From Camelus dromedarius (taxonomy: Eukaryota): DNA of 64,000 nucleotides. The stretch lies in assembly GCF_036321535.1 (NCBI RefSeq), contig NC_087436.1, positions 85,376,001 through 85,440,000 on the forward strand, written 5' to 3'. Positions within the stretch are counted from its first letter, which is position 1. Every line of letters starts with the position of its first letter. Shown here piece by piece: positions 11,311-24,829 of the stretch. The notes below the pieces were generated by a model. The model did not search any database and was not told the DNA's origin. It worked only from the letters and a program-made list of their open reading frames with translations. The position numbers were made by a program, and so were the translations under genes.

Positions 11311-12734
11311 ATATTAGAGGGGCTATTTAATGTACTGGATTGAACTATTTTAAAGTAGAGAGGATGAAAAGGTGATGTTGTCCCTCTAACAAACGGTTAT
11401 GGTAAAGAACAATGGGTTAATTACAGATCAAATAAATTACCTCTTCTCTGTGTATCCAATGGTTGTGACATACATTTGGGGCTTCACTCTATTATTATTG
11501 CTATGAACATATGTTCATTGTCAAAAAATCTGGAAAATACAGATGAGCTAAAAGGAAAAATTAACACCTTTCGTCCCACCACTTCCCCTTTTATTTTAAT
11601 AAATATCCGTCCAGCCCAGTCATATGTGTGTGGGTGTATATATGTGTATGTATGATTATTTTTAAGAGTGGAATTATAGTGTCCTATTGCTTTATAATTT
11701 GTTTTTCCCTTGAATTTTATCACACGTGATCCCCAAATGAAAACACTGGGACTGTCTTCAGTGTTTCTGGGTCATGAATGATGCTTTGGTAAATGTCCTG
11801 GTGGCTGTATCTTTGTCCCCAGCCACGACTGTTTTCTTGGCTCCTTCTCTCCTGGGTTGCATGTCCCCCGACTTCTGTGAAGTCTTCTCCCTGGCACATT
11901 CATTGTCCCCTTCCCTTCTACCAACCAATCCACCCTGCTCTTTCTCTCCCCCAAGAACCCCGCCTTGTCCCACAGGAAGGAATCAGAGGAAGATAATTTG
12001 CCTCACTTGAGTCTAGTTGAGGATTTACCATAATTAAGCCAGACAGGGACAGCAGGTCCCCTCTCTCCTGGTTTGGAGTGGGGTTCTCCTCTTGTCTCCG
12101 CATAAGATCTAAGAGGTAAAGAGGCCATACGGTTGTTTCCTGTTTATGGAAACCTCATCTTTCTTCACCTGCCCTTCCTGTTCCTGGCTTCCTGTCTTTG
12201 CCTCCATGTGCCCCCCACGATTTCCTGCTCTGTGAGCTGCCATGAGGCTTCTCTGAGCTCACGATGGGAATGTTCTAGAGAATCCCCACCAGATAGGATC
12301 TCTTGTGTGTTCCATTTACTCGGCTATAAATGAGTTACAAAACCCCTTTCCAATCTGACGGATTTCCACAGTTTAGAACTATTTCCCCGGCCTGACTCCA
12401 CTCTCTCAGGGGCAAACCAGGGCTCTGCAGTCATCTCTCTGAGACAGACCCTTTAAATGACTAAACAATGACAAGAGTAAAGGAATAGGAAAGAGTCATT
12501 CATTGCTGACAATTAGCCTCACGTTGTATGAATCATCCGTCCCTGTTTGTATGCCAGGGTGATTAAGAAGTTACTGTAAAGAATTGCCATAAAAATTATT
12601 TTATTCACTTTATTGTGAGAAGGCAATACGTGCACAAGGCATGAAAGTAAGAAAACACGAGAAAGTACAGAGGGAAAAGTGATTCTCCCTTTTAGGATAC
12701 CTGCGATGTCTGGTGGGGACACCCCGCCATGTGT

Positions 12735-13010
12735 GCCAATGTGTATGTGGCTGCACTGAGCACGTAAAAGGTAGCTAGTCCGAACTAGCTGTGCTGTAAG
12801 TGTAAAACACACACTGTATTTAAAGACTTACGAAAGGACTCATGTAAAATATCTCATAAATAATTTTTGTATTGATTGCATGTTGAAGTGATAATATTTT
12901 GGATATTCTTAAGTGCATTTTTACCTGTTTCTTTTCTCTTTCTTTGTAACAACTCGAAGAAATGAAATTAACACAAGTGGCTCACGTTTGCAGCTTGCAT
13001 TTTATTTTAC
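12735..13010. mobile_element. MER33-like DNA transposon relic
   Basis: GCTAGTCCGAACT...GTGCTGTAAGTGTAAAA...ATGTTGAAGTGATAATATTTTGGATAT. Confidence 0.7.
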
Positions 13011-13489
13011 CCTAGTGGTGAACACTTAGGTTGTTTCTAATTTTTTCCTGCCAGTTTTTACAGATGATGGAATAATAAATAGCCTTTTATGTATCACACT
13101 GGTGCAGTTGGATAAACTAGATCAAAGAGTATTTATTTGCATTTAGTTTCAACAAATGTTGTCAAGTTTGTTTCCTTAGAGGAATTATTCAGCATATATT
13201 TATGCCCACACTCCTTAATTCCCTAACACAGGTAATATCAAATATTTGTATCTTTGCCAATCTGATAACTGGCAAACTGTGTGGTTAGTTTATACTACCT
13301 AGTCATATGTATTTGTTTAAAATAGGTCTTAGAAAAATAATTATTAATTTTGTGTAGCAGATTGTCATTTTCAAAGCCTTTTCATATGTTTTCTCATAAT
13401 TGAATTGACTTGCAATAACCTGGTGGTTTAATGGTTTTACCTAGAAGCAAACCAAAGCTGAGATAAGGAGGAGAAATGACCTTTGGGTG

Positions 13490-13840
13490 TGGTAAATACT
13501 TAAATTCATTTCATTCTCAACACAATATGGAAGTGGATTTTATAGGCTTTGTTATTCCCATTTTACAGATGAGGACACTGAGGCTCCACATGGTCATGTG
13601 ACTCAGAAATCACACAACAAATAGAGGGGTTAATGGTGCAGCTTTTCTGTCAGACAAGCATGAGTGAACTACTTTACTAGCTGTGTGAACTTGAACAAGT
13701 GTATTCATATGTAAAATTGAGGGAGTAAAAGTATCTACCCCTCCCCCCCAAAAGTACCTGCCCAGGGAGGGGGGTAGTGTCAGAATTAACTGAGGGAGTG
13801 TATGTAGTTAGCACAGTGCCTGGCACTCAGCAAGCCTTTA
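13490..13840. mobile_element. Two MIR fragments in opposite orientation
   Basis: CCCATTTTACAGATGAGGACACTGAGGCT (minus) followed by CTAGCTGTGTGAACTTGAACAAGT...GCACAGTGCCTGGCAC (plus). Confidence 0.7.
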
Positions 13841-13842
13841 AA

Positions 13843-13924
13843 TGTGTGTGTATGTGTATGTGTGTGTATGTGTGTGTTTGTGTCTATGTGTGTGTGTACA
13901 TGTGTGTGTGTGTGTGTGTGTGTG
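13843..13924. repeat. Imperfect (TG)n microsatellite
   Basis: Seen directly. Confidence 0.95.
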
Positions 13925-15507
13925 CGCCAAGTTTCAAACCCAGGCTCTTGGTTTCCCGAGCTTCCACTTCATTTTCTCCATCCTAGTGACTCAGTCCCTC
14001 TGGGCAGTAAGCCTCAGTTTTCTGACCCAGTTATTATCTTTGTGCGAGTTGGGGGAAGGGCAGGAGCTGGTGGGGCAGGGGTAGTTATTTCCAGGTTTCC
14101 GTATGCCTGTCACCTCCTCTCCAGCTAGGGAAGGGGTCGACCCTTTCAGTACCCAATTATCTACTTCATCAAATGGGTCATGGGGTAGTATTGATAAAGT
14201 GGAGACTCACACAGGCTTTGACATCTTGGAGCAAAATAAGTTGCAAGCCGCAGGGACTTGTGAACGGAAAGGTGACACTTGCACTGGGGACCTGTGAGGA
14301 GTTATGAGGAGTTAGCCACGGTGCAGGCACACTGTTGGTTAGGGTAAGCCAGTCATCGTATATTTAGATGGCCCCCAAATCAAGTAAGTAATTACAATCC
14401 AGTGAACTGCAATTGTGAAATTGAGCAGAACCCTGTGTGATTTTAGGAGGGTCTTTATTCTTTCCCTTTCGAAAAAAAAAATGACAGGAAGTAAGTGATC
14501 AGGAAGCTCAGGAACAATAGCCTTTTCCTGGAAGAGTGGCTCTGAAGTGATGACTAAACGTTCAGACACGCTGGGCTTAACCGGCAGAGGCTGGGGCCGT
14601 GGCCGCGGGAGAGAGGGGCCAGAGGTGACTTACGGGAGAGGGACAGAGCTGCTGTTCAGCTGAAGTGTGTTACCGACTACTCCCTGTCTGGTGGAAATAA
14701 ATGAGAGGTTACGGCAAGGTTACTTTGGACCTGGAGACCATCAAGTTGTTAATTGGCAAAAACTGCTACCTGACTCGAAGCCTTTAAAAAGTTCTTAGTA
14801 TCAGGCAGGAACAGGCAGGAGCGGCTGCTTTCATTTGCTTCAATAAAGGAAACCTCCTACAGGTCTTTGGAACCTCTCAAAGATGGTAGCACCACTAGCC
14901 GACAGCGAAGGTCTGTTGGCCTGTTGGTCATCTGTCTTTTAATCCACTGAATTCCGTGTTTTGAAAGACTTTGCATGACTAGCAGCATTTATTAAGCCAA
15001 GGGTTGTTTTTCTGTTTATAATTAATCGTAATTTGTAAAAAAGAAAACTACTGCTCTGAGTGTCTTAGCCTGCTGTAGTCCATGTTATCACCTCGAATTA
15101 ATGTAATTTGGGGCACGAGCAGAGACGCGCGATGCTTAGGCAATCCTAAACCACCTTCTTACCAGCAAATGGGTGATTCTTCCTAGGCTTTGTGAAATGC
15201 TGAAAAATCCCTCAGGAGAGGAGCCCCTTGTTTTAGCTCCTCAGACCCTTTAGGAAATAAGGAGCCTTCATGTCTGTTTTGCAAACTAAAGAAAGGAGGG
15301 GGTTCCTTTCCAATAGAGCATCAGATTCAAGTACCATCAATCTTTTTATCTCTTTGAGAAATATTTAAAGATGAGAAAGAAAAAATCATTCATAATCTGA
15401 CCTCTTAAATTATATAAGAGAGTCTTCTCTCATTCCATGTTCTTGAGGTAACACTGTGAAAAAAAAGATGTGTATTCCCCTCATTTCCTTTGGTAACTGT
15501 GTAATTT

Positions 15508-15541
<34 letters not shown>

Positions 15542-15545
15542 TATA
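15508..15545. repeat. (TA)n(CA)n microsatellite
   Basis: Seen directly. Confidence 0.9.
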
Positions 15546-16529
15546 AAGTTATATAGTTATATATTTATACATCTACTCTCTTTAAACAGAATGGGATGCA
15601 ATTTGCTGTTTTTTACTTGATTCTCTACATCAGCACATAGAATTATTCCTCTTTAAAAATGGTTACAACATAGTTGACATTTAGTCAAAGTTTATTATGT
15701 GCTATTTATTCTTCTAAGCATTTCCAAGTATAATTCACTTAATCCTCACAATCCTCTAAGGGAATCACTTTTCTCGTTCCCATTTTACAGAGGGAAGAGA
15801 TGGCGGCATTGAGAGGCTGAGTGATTTGCCGGGGATCCTTCACCATTAGTGCAGCCAGGACCCCAGCTCAGGCAGTTCTGCTCTGTCACCCACACAACTC
15901 ACTCCATCGCTCACATGTGCGGCCACTGTGCCACGGACGGATCACAGCTCAGTCAGCCATTCCAATTTTTCTCTTCTTTGTTATTTCAGAGCTTAATGAA
16001 CACCTTTGTACATACATCTTTATGTCCTTTTGCTTTTCTCTCTGAGGTGTTAGTTCCTAGAAGTGGGATTGCTGGGTCAAAGAACAGATGTATATACAAT
16101 TTCAATTAAATTTATTTTTGAGCACCTACTGTGTGCCAAATACATTTTCCCATTTACCATCCTATTGCAATCTCATGCAGTCTCATGTATATTTATTATG
16201 ATCATCCTCATAACTGGTAAAGCTTCCTCCTGAATCCCACAGCTAATCCCAACATGAAGTCCCATCCCCAGTCTCCTGGCTCCACATCTTGCATGAAATC
16301 CACTGTACTCTACCTTCTAGTGCTGTAATCACAATGGTTTTTTTCTTTTGTGTGATTTTTTCTTGGGAGCCAGAATTTAAGCTTAAACCACCAAGCCAGT
16401 CATTGCCATAGGGTCTCTGTTCTCTCTCAGTTGAGACAGGGATTTGTGCTTCTGGAAAAAATCAGTATTTCTTTTGAGTTAATGTAACTAGAAGTGTGTT
16501 GATCTTGCAAAATGACTCCTATAGTTTTT

Positions 16530-16850
16530 TTCTTCCTGTTTTGAGATATAATTGACATACAGCATTGTATACGTTTAAGATGTACAGCATCATGATTTGA
16601 CATATAAGCATCATGAAATGATTCTCACAAGTTCAGTGAATATCCATCATCTCATATAGATACAAAGTAAAAGAAAAAGAAAAACAGTGTTTTCCTTATG
16701 ATGAAAACTCTCAGGATTCCCTCTCCTAACGACGTTCGCATACACCATACAGCAGTGTTGATTATGTTAATCATGTTGCACCTGACATCCCTGGTACTTA
16801 TTTATCTTATAACTGGAAGTTTCTGCCTTTTGACCACCTTCATCCAATCC
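16530..16850 (-). mobile_element. L1MA-like 3'-UTR fragment
   Basis: TTGAGATATAATTGACATA...TACTTATTTATCTTATAACTGGAAGTT; antisense to the 6660-6790 segment. Confidence 0.8.
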
Positions 16851-18489
16851 CTGTAGTTTTAATTATTCCTAATGTTTTAACATGCTTTACATTAAAGAAT
16901 ACAGTCTATACAATTTTTCAAAAATCATGTGTTTGCATTGCAGACATTCTAAAAAGAGAATCATAGCTTTACTAAAAAATATAAACATCGTCCGATCATG
17001 GAACAACAGATTAGGCCATATGTGAATTTTCTAGGTTTCTTCTTTCTTGTCTCTTCTCCATTTTTGTGTGATGTCACTGCTCTGCTACTTGTTAACAAGT
17101 TAACCTTGGGCAAGCTAAGCCAAATTTCCTCATCTGGAAAATAACAAAAGTATCCCATTCTGTGTAATAATTGTGAGGACTGAACCAACTAATTGGCACC
17201 CAGCATCTGACGCTGTGCCTGGCACCCAGGTGGCCTGAATCAGCTTTAGCAGGGAGCAGTGGCAGCGGCACAAACCACGTCAAGACTGGACAGTTAGCTG
17301 GCAATCAAACCAGGTTCAGTCTGCAATGTTTCCAAAAGAGAGGATGGAGAAGGCCTCTTATGATTCAAATGAGCTTATTTGGCTTTTGGACTGAGTGGGG
17401 TGAGAAGACACGAGCATGAAATAAAGCTGACCACTAAGTGGGCGCCACCGGCAGCCCCTTCCCAGGTGCCCTCCTCTGGAAAACCTCCTCCAGGTCCCCG
17501 CCAGCTTCTCTGACCAGCTGGCCTCTCTACATCCTCCTGCCTTCACAGTTCCATCTTTAACCTTTTCCATTTCTCGTCTACTGTCTCTCACTGGTGATCT
17601 ATTTATGCTTGGGTGGTTATAGAAACTTCTGGAATAATTAAGGATAGAGAAGAAGGAAGTGATTTTATGTTATGAAGATGGTAGGAGAGAGGGTTGGGAA
17701 TGTTGACTAACTTGGAGATGGGAGCAGGGCAGGAAGGAATTCAGTTTAAAATGTCAGATTTTGGATTTGATGTTCTCCATTGGCTTTATGAATTTGCGGT
17801 TAATTGAGTCTTTTTGCCAAAATGATCAAATGCTTTTGCATCTGGGGTAAGTTGATATGGATTAATCAGACTCTGTGAAGTGTGTCGAGGAGTGTATTAC
17901 CTATCTAGGTGTGTGTGGGAGCAGGTCCACCAGATGTGAAATTCAAATTAGTCCACGAAGTTGCTCCCTGCAGCTAGGGTGAAGGTTTATCTGGGAAAGA
18001 GAATCTGTTGGCTTAAACAACTCTTTGGTTTTAATCCATGGTTCCCATAGTCTCTGTATTTAATAATTAAGAGTTGGCTCTATACCAGTAATGTGGAAGC
18101 TTCAGAATTAATATGGGGGAGTTTGGGTGAATAATGTTTTGATGCTTCCTATTACCTGTAGATGACTATTGGGTCTTATAGACTAGCCAGGAAATCTCAT
18201 GAAAAGAACTCCTTTGTTGATATATTGGCTCCTGTTTTATTGTGTTTGGTGCAGTGATCTAATGAACGTAATTTTTACTTATGGGTTGGACTGAGAAGCT
18301 GAGGAGCTCAATACTGAAAAAAAGGACCAGGGGAAAAATGAATTAATGAAACCTTGCCAAGGTCTGAGTGAAGAATGCCTGTCCAGTGACCTTCTTCTGC
18401 ACAGAGTCTGGCTCTTTCTTTTGGAAAGTCACATCTCCCTGACATTGATCTTACGGTTTGGATGGAGATAGTACTACCCTCTGTTTCTA

Positions 18490-18900
18490 GTGGGAACTCA
18501 GTTCCAACCAGTGAGAACTCCACATCCCTCCAGCCACAGAAACTAATCCTGGGGTTGGCCCTTGACCAATGCCAGAACAGACAGAGTCAGTCCTGAGCCT
18601 CTTCCTCAAGAGCCTCTTACTTATTCTTGGGAGAGGGACCATTTATTTCTGCTGGGATTGCTAAACTGAGCAGGTACACCCAGACCTGCTGGACACCATC
18701 TTGCTGCCACAGAAGAGCCTGCCAGAGAAGAAATCCAATGTGAAGGGAAGAGCCAGGGATGGATACTAATTCCTGATGGCACCATGTGAGTATCTGGACC
18801 CAGCATACTTCAGGTCAGAATGACTTGGATGTTTGTTATACAAACAAATAAAAAGTCTTTTGTTGTCGTTGTTGAAGTCAGTAATAACTTGACTTCTAAG
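18490..18900 (+). mobile_element. Old ERVL/MaLR-type LTR relic (LTR16/MLT-like)
   Basis: CCATCTTGCTGCCAC...AGCCTG...CTGGACCCAGC...AATAAA pattern typical of these LTRs; subfamily uncertain. Confidence 0.55.
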
Positions 18901-19844
18901 TCTTCTATACCCAGAAAGGGAGAATCTATCAATATACAAATTTATAGCCTAGAGAAATAAATGTCAGATTCTGTTAATTTTCATGGTGTTGAAAAAAGAA
19001 AAATATCTCAGTGATGAGACTGTTTTCCTATTGGCTAGTTTCCAAAATGTGTCTGGATGAGGAATCATATTGTTCTTTTTCTTGCTCTAAAATGTATTTC
19101 TGACAGCCACATAGTGTTCAGATAGCCGATGATCATGGAGAAATCCCCTGTCTGCTCAGCCTTATTGTTCTCAGCGCATCTCTGTTTTGCAAAGACTAGG
19201 TGTCCCTTTTCCCTCTTTTGTCTTTGCTCTACGCATCCTATGTCTTATATGGAGACCCGTGGAAGCCAAGTTTCTCTTTTCAGATGAGCATCTCCCCTTG
19301 TTAACAAGTGAATCACACTGACAGTACAGACTGTCCTTACCCTCCTGTAAGGTAAAGACAAGGCTTAATGACAAGGGGGCATAGAAATAGGAACTTCTTT
19401 ACTCCAGATGTCTGCTTTACACTGTAGAAAACCATGCTCGATTGATAAGAATTTATTTCATATTCTGTACCAGTTTGCAGTGTCAGATGAGACCCAGCAC
19501 TGGCCTGAGCATTTCTAGATTAGGGGTTGGGAACTCAAGTGCCTGCAGGTGCGAGGCAGCTGGCAGAGTTGGGTGAAGTGGACCAGGCTGGGGCTGAGTG
19601 CTTGCTTGCTTGCTTGCATGACTGAAGGGAGCTGTCACCATTCAGCACCATCCGAGGGCCATGTGCACGTGCAGCGTGGGCTCTGTGCTGCCGGATCTTA
19701 TATGCTTCACCAGAGGTCCTGGAACCCAGAAGTCATCAGTTTGCAACCACTGACTTGATAATAACATCAGTGATTGTTCCAGGTGGCTGGATGTTGGGTT
19801 ATATTTAAACCTAATTTAGTTTACTTTGAATGGAATCCAAAGCA

Positions 19845-20375
19845 TCGTGGTTTAGAGCAGACTCTGGTGTCAGGCCGACCTGGGTTTGTGGCCTGGCTTT
19901 GACACTTATAATATCATGACCTTAGCCAACGAATTTAACATCTTGGAGATGCTGTCTCCACATTTGTGAAATGGGGTTGCATCTGCCTTGTGGGTGGGCT
20001 TAGGGGCAGCAGAACTTGACATTAAATGGCATGATATTCTTAAAACTCTTAGGCAGTGGTTTTGTAAAGCTTTCATAAATGCTGGCAACTCTATGACTAG
20101 AGCTAACAGAAATCCATGTAAGATGTTTTTTGTATTCTCAGAAGAAGAAAATTAAAGAGACAATATTATGTCGTGGTTAAGAGTGGGACAAACCCTCGAG
20201 TCAGTCTTGCTCTCTGTCCAGACATGAGCCTTTAGCCTCAGTTTTCTCATCTGTAAAATGGAGATCTAAGGTTGTCTATCCCAAAAGACTGCAGATTACA
20301 TGACTTAACACTTATAACTGAGTTAACATTCCTAAACATTTAGAACAGAGCCTGACACACAGTAAGGGCTATGGG
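19845..20375 (+). mobile_element. Two MIR SINEs
   Basis: GTGGTTTAGAGCAGACTCTGG...GACCTGGGTT and GTGGTTAAGAG...GCCTCAGTTTTCTCATCTGTAAAATGG. Confidence 0.75.
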
Positions 20376-20904
20376 AGTGGAAGTTTATAATCCTATGATT
20401 GCAATGATGTTTTAACAGCTCTTAAAACTTTGTCACTTGAGTAAGACTGTACATACACTCTAGAACTTATGGTTTACATTATGCTGACTTTAATAGCACC
20501 TGGTGCAATTATTTTTAACTTAAAGAGTTGGAAAAGTTTACTTAGTTATAAGGGCCACTTCAAATCCATAGTGAAAGGTATAAAATGTAGAGTATAAAAA
20601 TGAATGCAATTATGTCAAGTTCTTTAAAAGCTGGTTTTACAAAATTCACCTAGAAAAGAGGTAGATAAGGGGAAAAAAAAATTTGTTGAGAGCCTGTCTT
20701 GTGTAATGCATATGGTTAGGCCTAAACACAAAGCTAAAACAATAAATGGGGAAGGTAAACATCTCTGTTTCAAGACAAAGTCCATGTCCACACATGCTAG
20801 CATATGGTCCAGGTGAGAGCATTTCCTGAGGTCTGTTTCTACCCTCAGAAGCTACCTGGTAGTGCTGGTGTACAGGGGATGAAGATCAGTAGTGAGCTCC
20901 GAAG

Positions 20905-21101
20905 TGAGATTTGCAAATGTTAGTCACTATATGTAAAAATAGAATTTAAAAAACTCAGATTTCTTCTGTATAGCACAGGGAACTATATTTAATATCTTAT
21001 AATAACCTTTAATGAAAAAGAATATGAAAACGAATAAAGTACATGTGTATACATGACAGAAATTGACACATTGTAACTGACTATACTTCAATTAAAAAAA
21101 A
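20905..21101 (+). mobile_element. L1 3'-UTR fragment related to 4416-4683; no TSD found
   Basis: TGAGATTTGC...TATAGCACAGGGAACTATATTTAATATC...GAAATTGACACATTGTAACTGACTATACTTCAATTAAAAAAAA. Confidence 0.85.
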
Positions 21102-24100
21102 GTCATAGGAGACCACCACCACCACCAGCACGAACAACAACCAAAAAGACAGACACAAGTTGTCCCCAGGGGACAGCGTCCGGCGCCACAGGGACCAAGT
21201 CTGGCGTGAGGAGCGCAGCCTGGACACATGGTGGGAAAGGGGACCAGGGTAGGGGGCAGGCAAGCTCACTTGCACGCTGGGTTCTTCTTCCCAAAGTTGA
21301 GGGTGACAGTGTGCCTCAAAAAGATTTCAATCTGAATTTTGTGAGTGTCTGAAAGTAGGTGAAACTGACATCTTCTGCCCTGGCTGGAAGTGCGTGTGGC
21401 TGCACAGATCCGGGAGCCCATGCAGGGGCCCTGGCGCGTGCAGGGGCCCCGGGAGAAGCAAAACGATCAAGGTCCCTGGGGTGAGTGGTGCTGCATCCCC
21501 GGTGAGGGCTTCAGGGTCCAGCGTTTGGACTCCGAGGAACCTGGGCCACTGGCTTGCCCGGCATCATAGAAGCCAAATGGGAGAGGCCCACAGTGTCACC
21601 CTCCATGGAGATCAGACCAGCTCAGGGCCACCTGCCCAGGGCCTTCAGGCAGAGGCCCAAGCACATCCTGTCGAGGCCTCCATGAGGTCACAGCCCCCTG
21701 CAGCCCTGCTGGCCCACAAAAGGGGACCACCACCTCATAGTGCACAGACAGGGATGCTCTCCTCATCCCCTGCTCCGTCCCCCAACTCCAAGCTCAGGGC
21801 CACCCTCAACTGCCTGCTCCAGGAAGGAACGGCGCTAACTGCTTTATCAACCAAAAAGGGATGGAAAGTTAGGGAATCGGCCTGAGATGTGATTAAGGGA
21901 GGTACTTTCCAGCTGGGAAAGGGGGAAGGAGATTGTCCACAGAGCAGTTGGTAGCACTTATTTGAAAAAGTAGAAACATTTCATGTATATGCACGTCTGA
22001 TGAATTTCAAGTTTCCACTCACCAGTTACACACCCACAGGCCAGGCTGCTTTTGCAGGTCAGTGGGAGGGGGTGGTTGTGTGGGAGCGCTGGTTTACTTG
22101 TGGGGTGATCTCAGGTGAGCAGAGTCATTTAACTTCCCTGAGACTCAGCTTCTTCTTTGTTAATTTGAGGGTGGCAATAACCTCTTAGCTACTTCACAGG
22201 ATTCTGTTTAGGGGCAGCTGAGGCAATTTCTGAGTGAAAGATCTTTATGAATGACCAAGTATTGTATAAACTTTAGCTATTGTTAGATAAATTTCAAATT
22301 CACTCCTCTACATGCTGTCTGATTCATTTCGGGATTTAGGGTTTAAATGCTGACAACGCAGAGTTGAATATTCAGCTCAATTTGATAAATATTTTTTGAA
22401 GACTCCTGTTGTAAGGAGCTGTCTGTATGATTTGATCAGTGTGGACAGCTGGTCTGAATAACGTGAGCCTCCTTCATGATTTTGTCAATGGCTTTTGGGA
22501 GGTTTGGGTGTATATTGCTGACACATCATCTTCAACTGTCCAGTTCATTTTCGCCAGGATTGCCTGTTGATCTTCCATTTTTTTACTGTGGAAAATATCT
22601 GTTATGATAAATAACTGGCTTTGTTTCCATGTTATTTCCTACATGTAACTCATTGTTATTTAGAACTTTAATTGAACATCATTAAATAGTTTAATGTGGG
22701 GTTTCATATTTCAAGCTAAATCAACTTTGTTCAAGGGGGAAATATAATTTTATTATATACTTTCTTTCAGGTCAGATTATTTTCAAATAATTGAATTAGG
22801 TTAAATATATCAAATAGGTACATAAACTTGAGAACTTAAAGGGAGGAAAATCTTTCCCCAAACAACTGCATAACAGTTTGAAGGAGGAAAAAGCCCAACA
22901 TTGTATTTCAAGATAAAGAAGTAGACTTTAGGATAACTAATAATTTAAAGAACTGATCCTATAGCTTGAACTCTATATTGTAATCTCATTATAATTAACT
23001 CCAAAGAACTATTTTCTCCCTGTTGGAAGTCCAACTGCATGTATGATTTCTGCATTGTTCTAAAAGTTTAATCATACACTGCCTCATATTACTTCAATTT
23101 ATTGCCTAATATTATTCTAACAGAAAAGGCAGTCCTTCAAGGGGTGAGGTTGTATGGCTCATTCTTACACACCTCCACTCATGCACAGCACAGCACAGCA
23201 CTGAGCCCCAGATAACTGCATAATATATATCTTTGACTTGGTTAATGATGCTTTTGTTGTACTGTGATTTGTTTCTGTTGGGCCAGATACTGTTATCCCT
23301 AATTTAGCTAAATACTCCATTGTCAACTTAGACTTTTTATAAATTTCAACCTCTTATAAATTACCTTGGACTGTCAGGCTTCTGTAACAATTTCTAGGAG
23401 GTTATGACATCCCTTCTTTAATCTATGTAAGACTAAAAGAATAAAGCCTCTTAGAATAGTTCAGAATGCACTCATTGTGAGCGACTGAAGAAATAAAGCT
23501 GGAGAAATGCCTTGCAAGTGATGCCCAGACAACATATCCACTGCCCTTTGCTTTGGGTTTTGGTTTGAGGTTCATCTCCTTAAAGGGAGCCATCTTGAAT
23601 GATATTTAGCTTCTAGTTTCACTCTAGGGAGGGAGAGGGGGAAGTATGAATGATGCTTCCTCCATCACTGATCACTTTGGTGACATAAAAGGATTAAGGC
23701 AAGTGTTTTCTCCTAGGCCTCTCACCTATGTCTCTTGTCCCTTCCTCTTCACTCTCCATAAAGCTTATCTTGGAAGCCAGCCACCATTTGCCATGTGACA
23801 GTAAGGTGTGTGTAATCCATGCTTTGATGGGTTTGTGTTTATAACACAATACATGGAGTTGTCACTGAGGCAGGAATTGCTTGCTATCAGGAGGGGCATC
23901 CTGAACGGGGATTACCGAGGCTGGCCTGTGGTCAGATTGTCTTCACACAGCGTTCTCTCCCCCTTCATATCTATACCTTCACTTCTGAAAGTCCCACTTA
24001 GTTTTTGCTTTTGTTATTTTCTTTTCTACTCTCAACCCTTCTGTGCATAAACTTGTTTCATCCCAAGAAAAAAAAGCTCTTCCAATTTCAGGGGTGGCGG

Positions 24101-24119
24101 GGTAGAGGTGAAAACAAAA

Positions 24120-24365
24120 TGAAACGGAAAGCTGTTCAGATAACCCAGGAGGATTTTAAGACCCCTTTGTTATAACAGTCCTTTTATGTTTGAAATATTT
24201 ATTGGGCCTCTTCCTGGTCACGATCGGAAGGGAAACGTGAATTGGTGCCCTCGAAGTTGCTCGGGCAGACAGAAGAGTACATGTTTACAGTCAAGATGGT
24301 GCTTGATCTTGGAACGACAGGAAATGATTTTGCAAATCCAGATAAACTATTTTATCCTGGAAAGC
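24120..24365. promoter_or_regulatory. Candidate distal enhancer (GATA/TCF/CDX/FOX/ETS cluster), about 26 kb upstream of TSS
   Basis: Dense motif cluster in sequence with no recognisable repeat; details in findings. Confidence 0.55.
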
Positions 24366-24829
24366 ATACATGCCAAACACAGTTTAAAGTAAACATAAGA
24401 ATCCTTGCGTTGTGCCCCATGGGTAAAGTGTTGGGAGAAGCTAACATTTCTCCAGATTAAGGACAGTTTGGTGCAACAGTTGTCTCTAAGTGACTTGTTT
24501 TGCCTGTGTAAGCTTTTAGATTTCCATAATGGAGCAATGCATAGCAAAATAGTGGAATTTGTTTGAATGATTGAATGAATGGCATAGCTCCTCCCCTACT
24601 CAACAACTTCTGAAATTTGAATCCTTATGCTAAAATTTGTGAGCACCTTCAAGTGCATCACGATAGACTTGATCTCTACTTTAGGTAGTAGTTTTGTACT
24701 GGTTTGGTACTGGTTCCCTTCCAGATAGGGTGAAGCTGATATCTTAGCTCCATTCTTCTATCTAAGAAAGTTTTTTTTTTTTTAATTTAAGTTTGTATAG
24801 AACTTAAATATAGGACAATATTATTTTAA

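Noticed and set aside
11790..12320. Possible LTR-like segment
   Set aside because: Could not assign a family or find termini or TSD by eye.
13777..14128. Cys/Val-rich ORFs (also 30574-30878 and 35928-36278)
   Set aside because: Translations of microsatellites.
21394..21885. 163-aa ORF in the GC-rich block
   Set aside because: Non-ATG start, low-information composition, no recognisable homology; explained by GC content.
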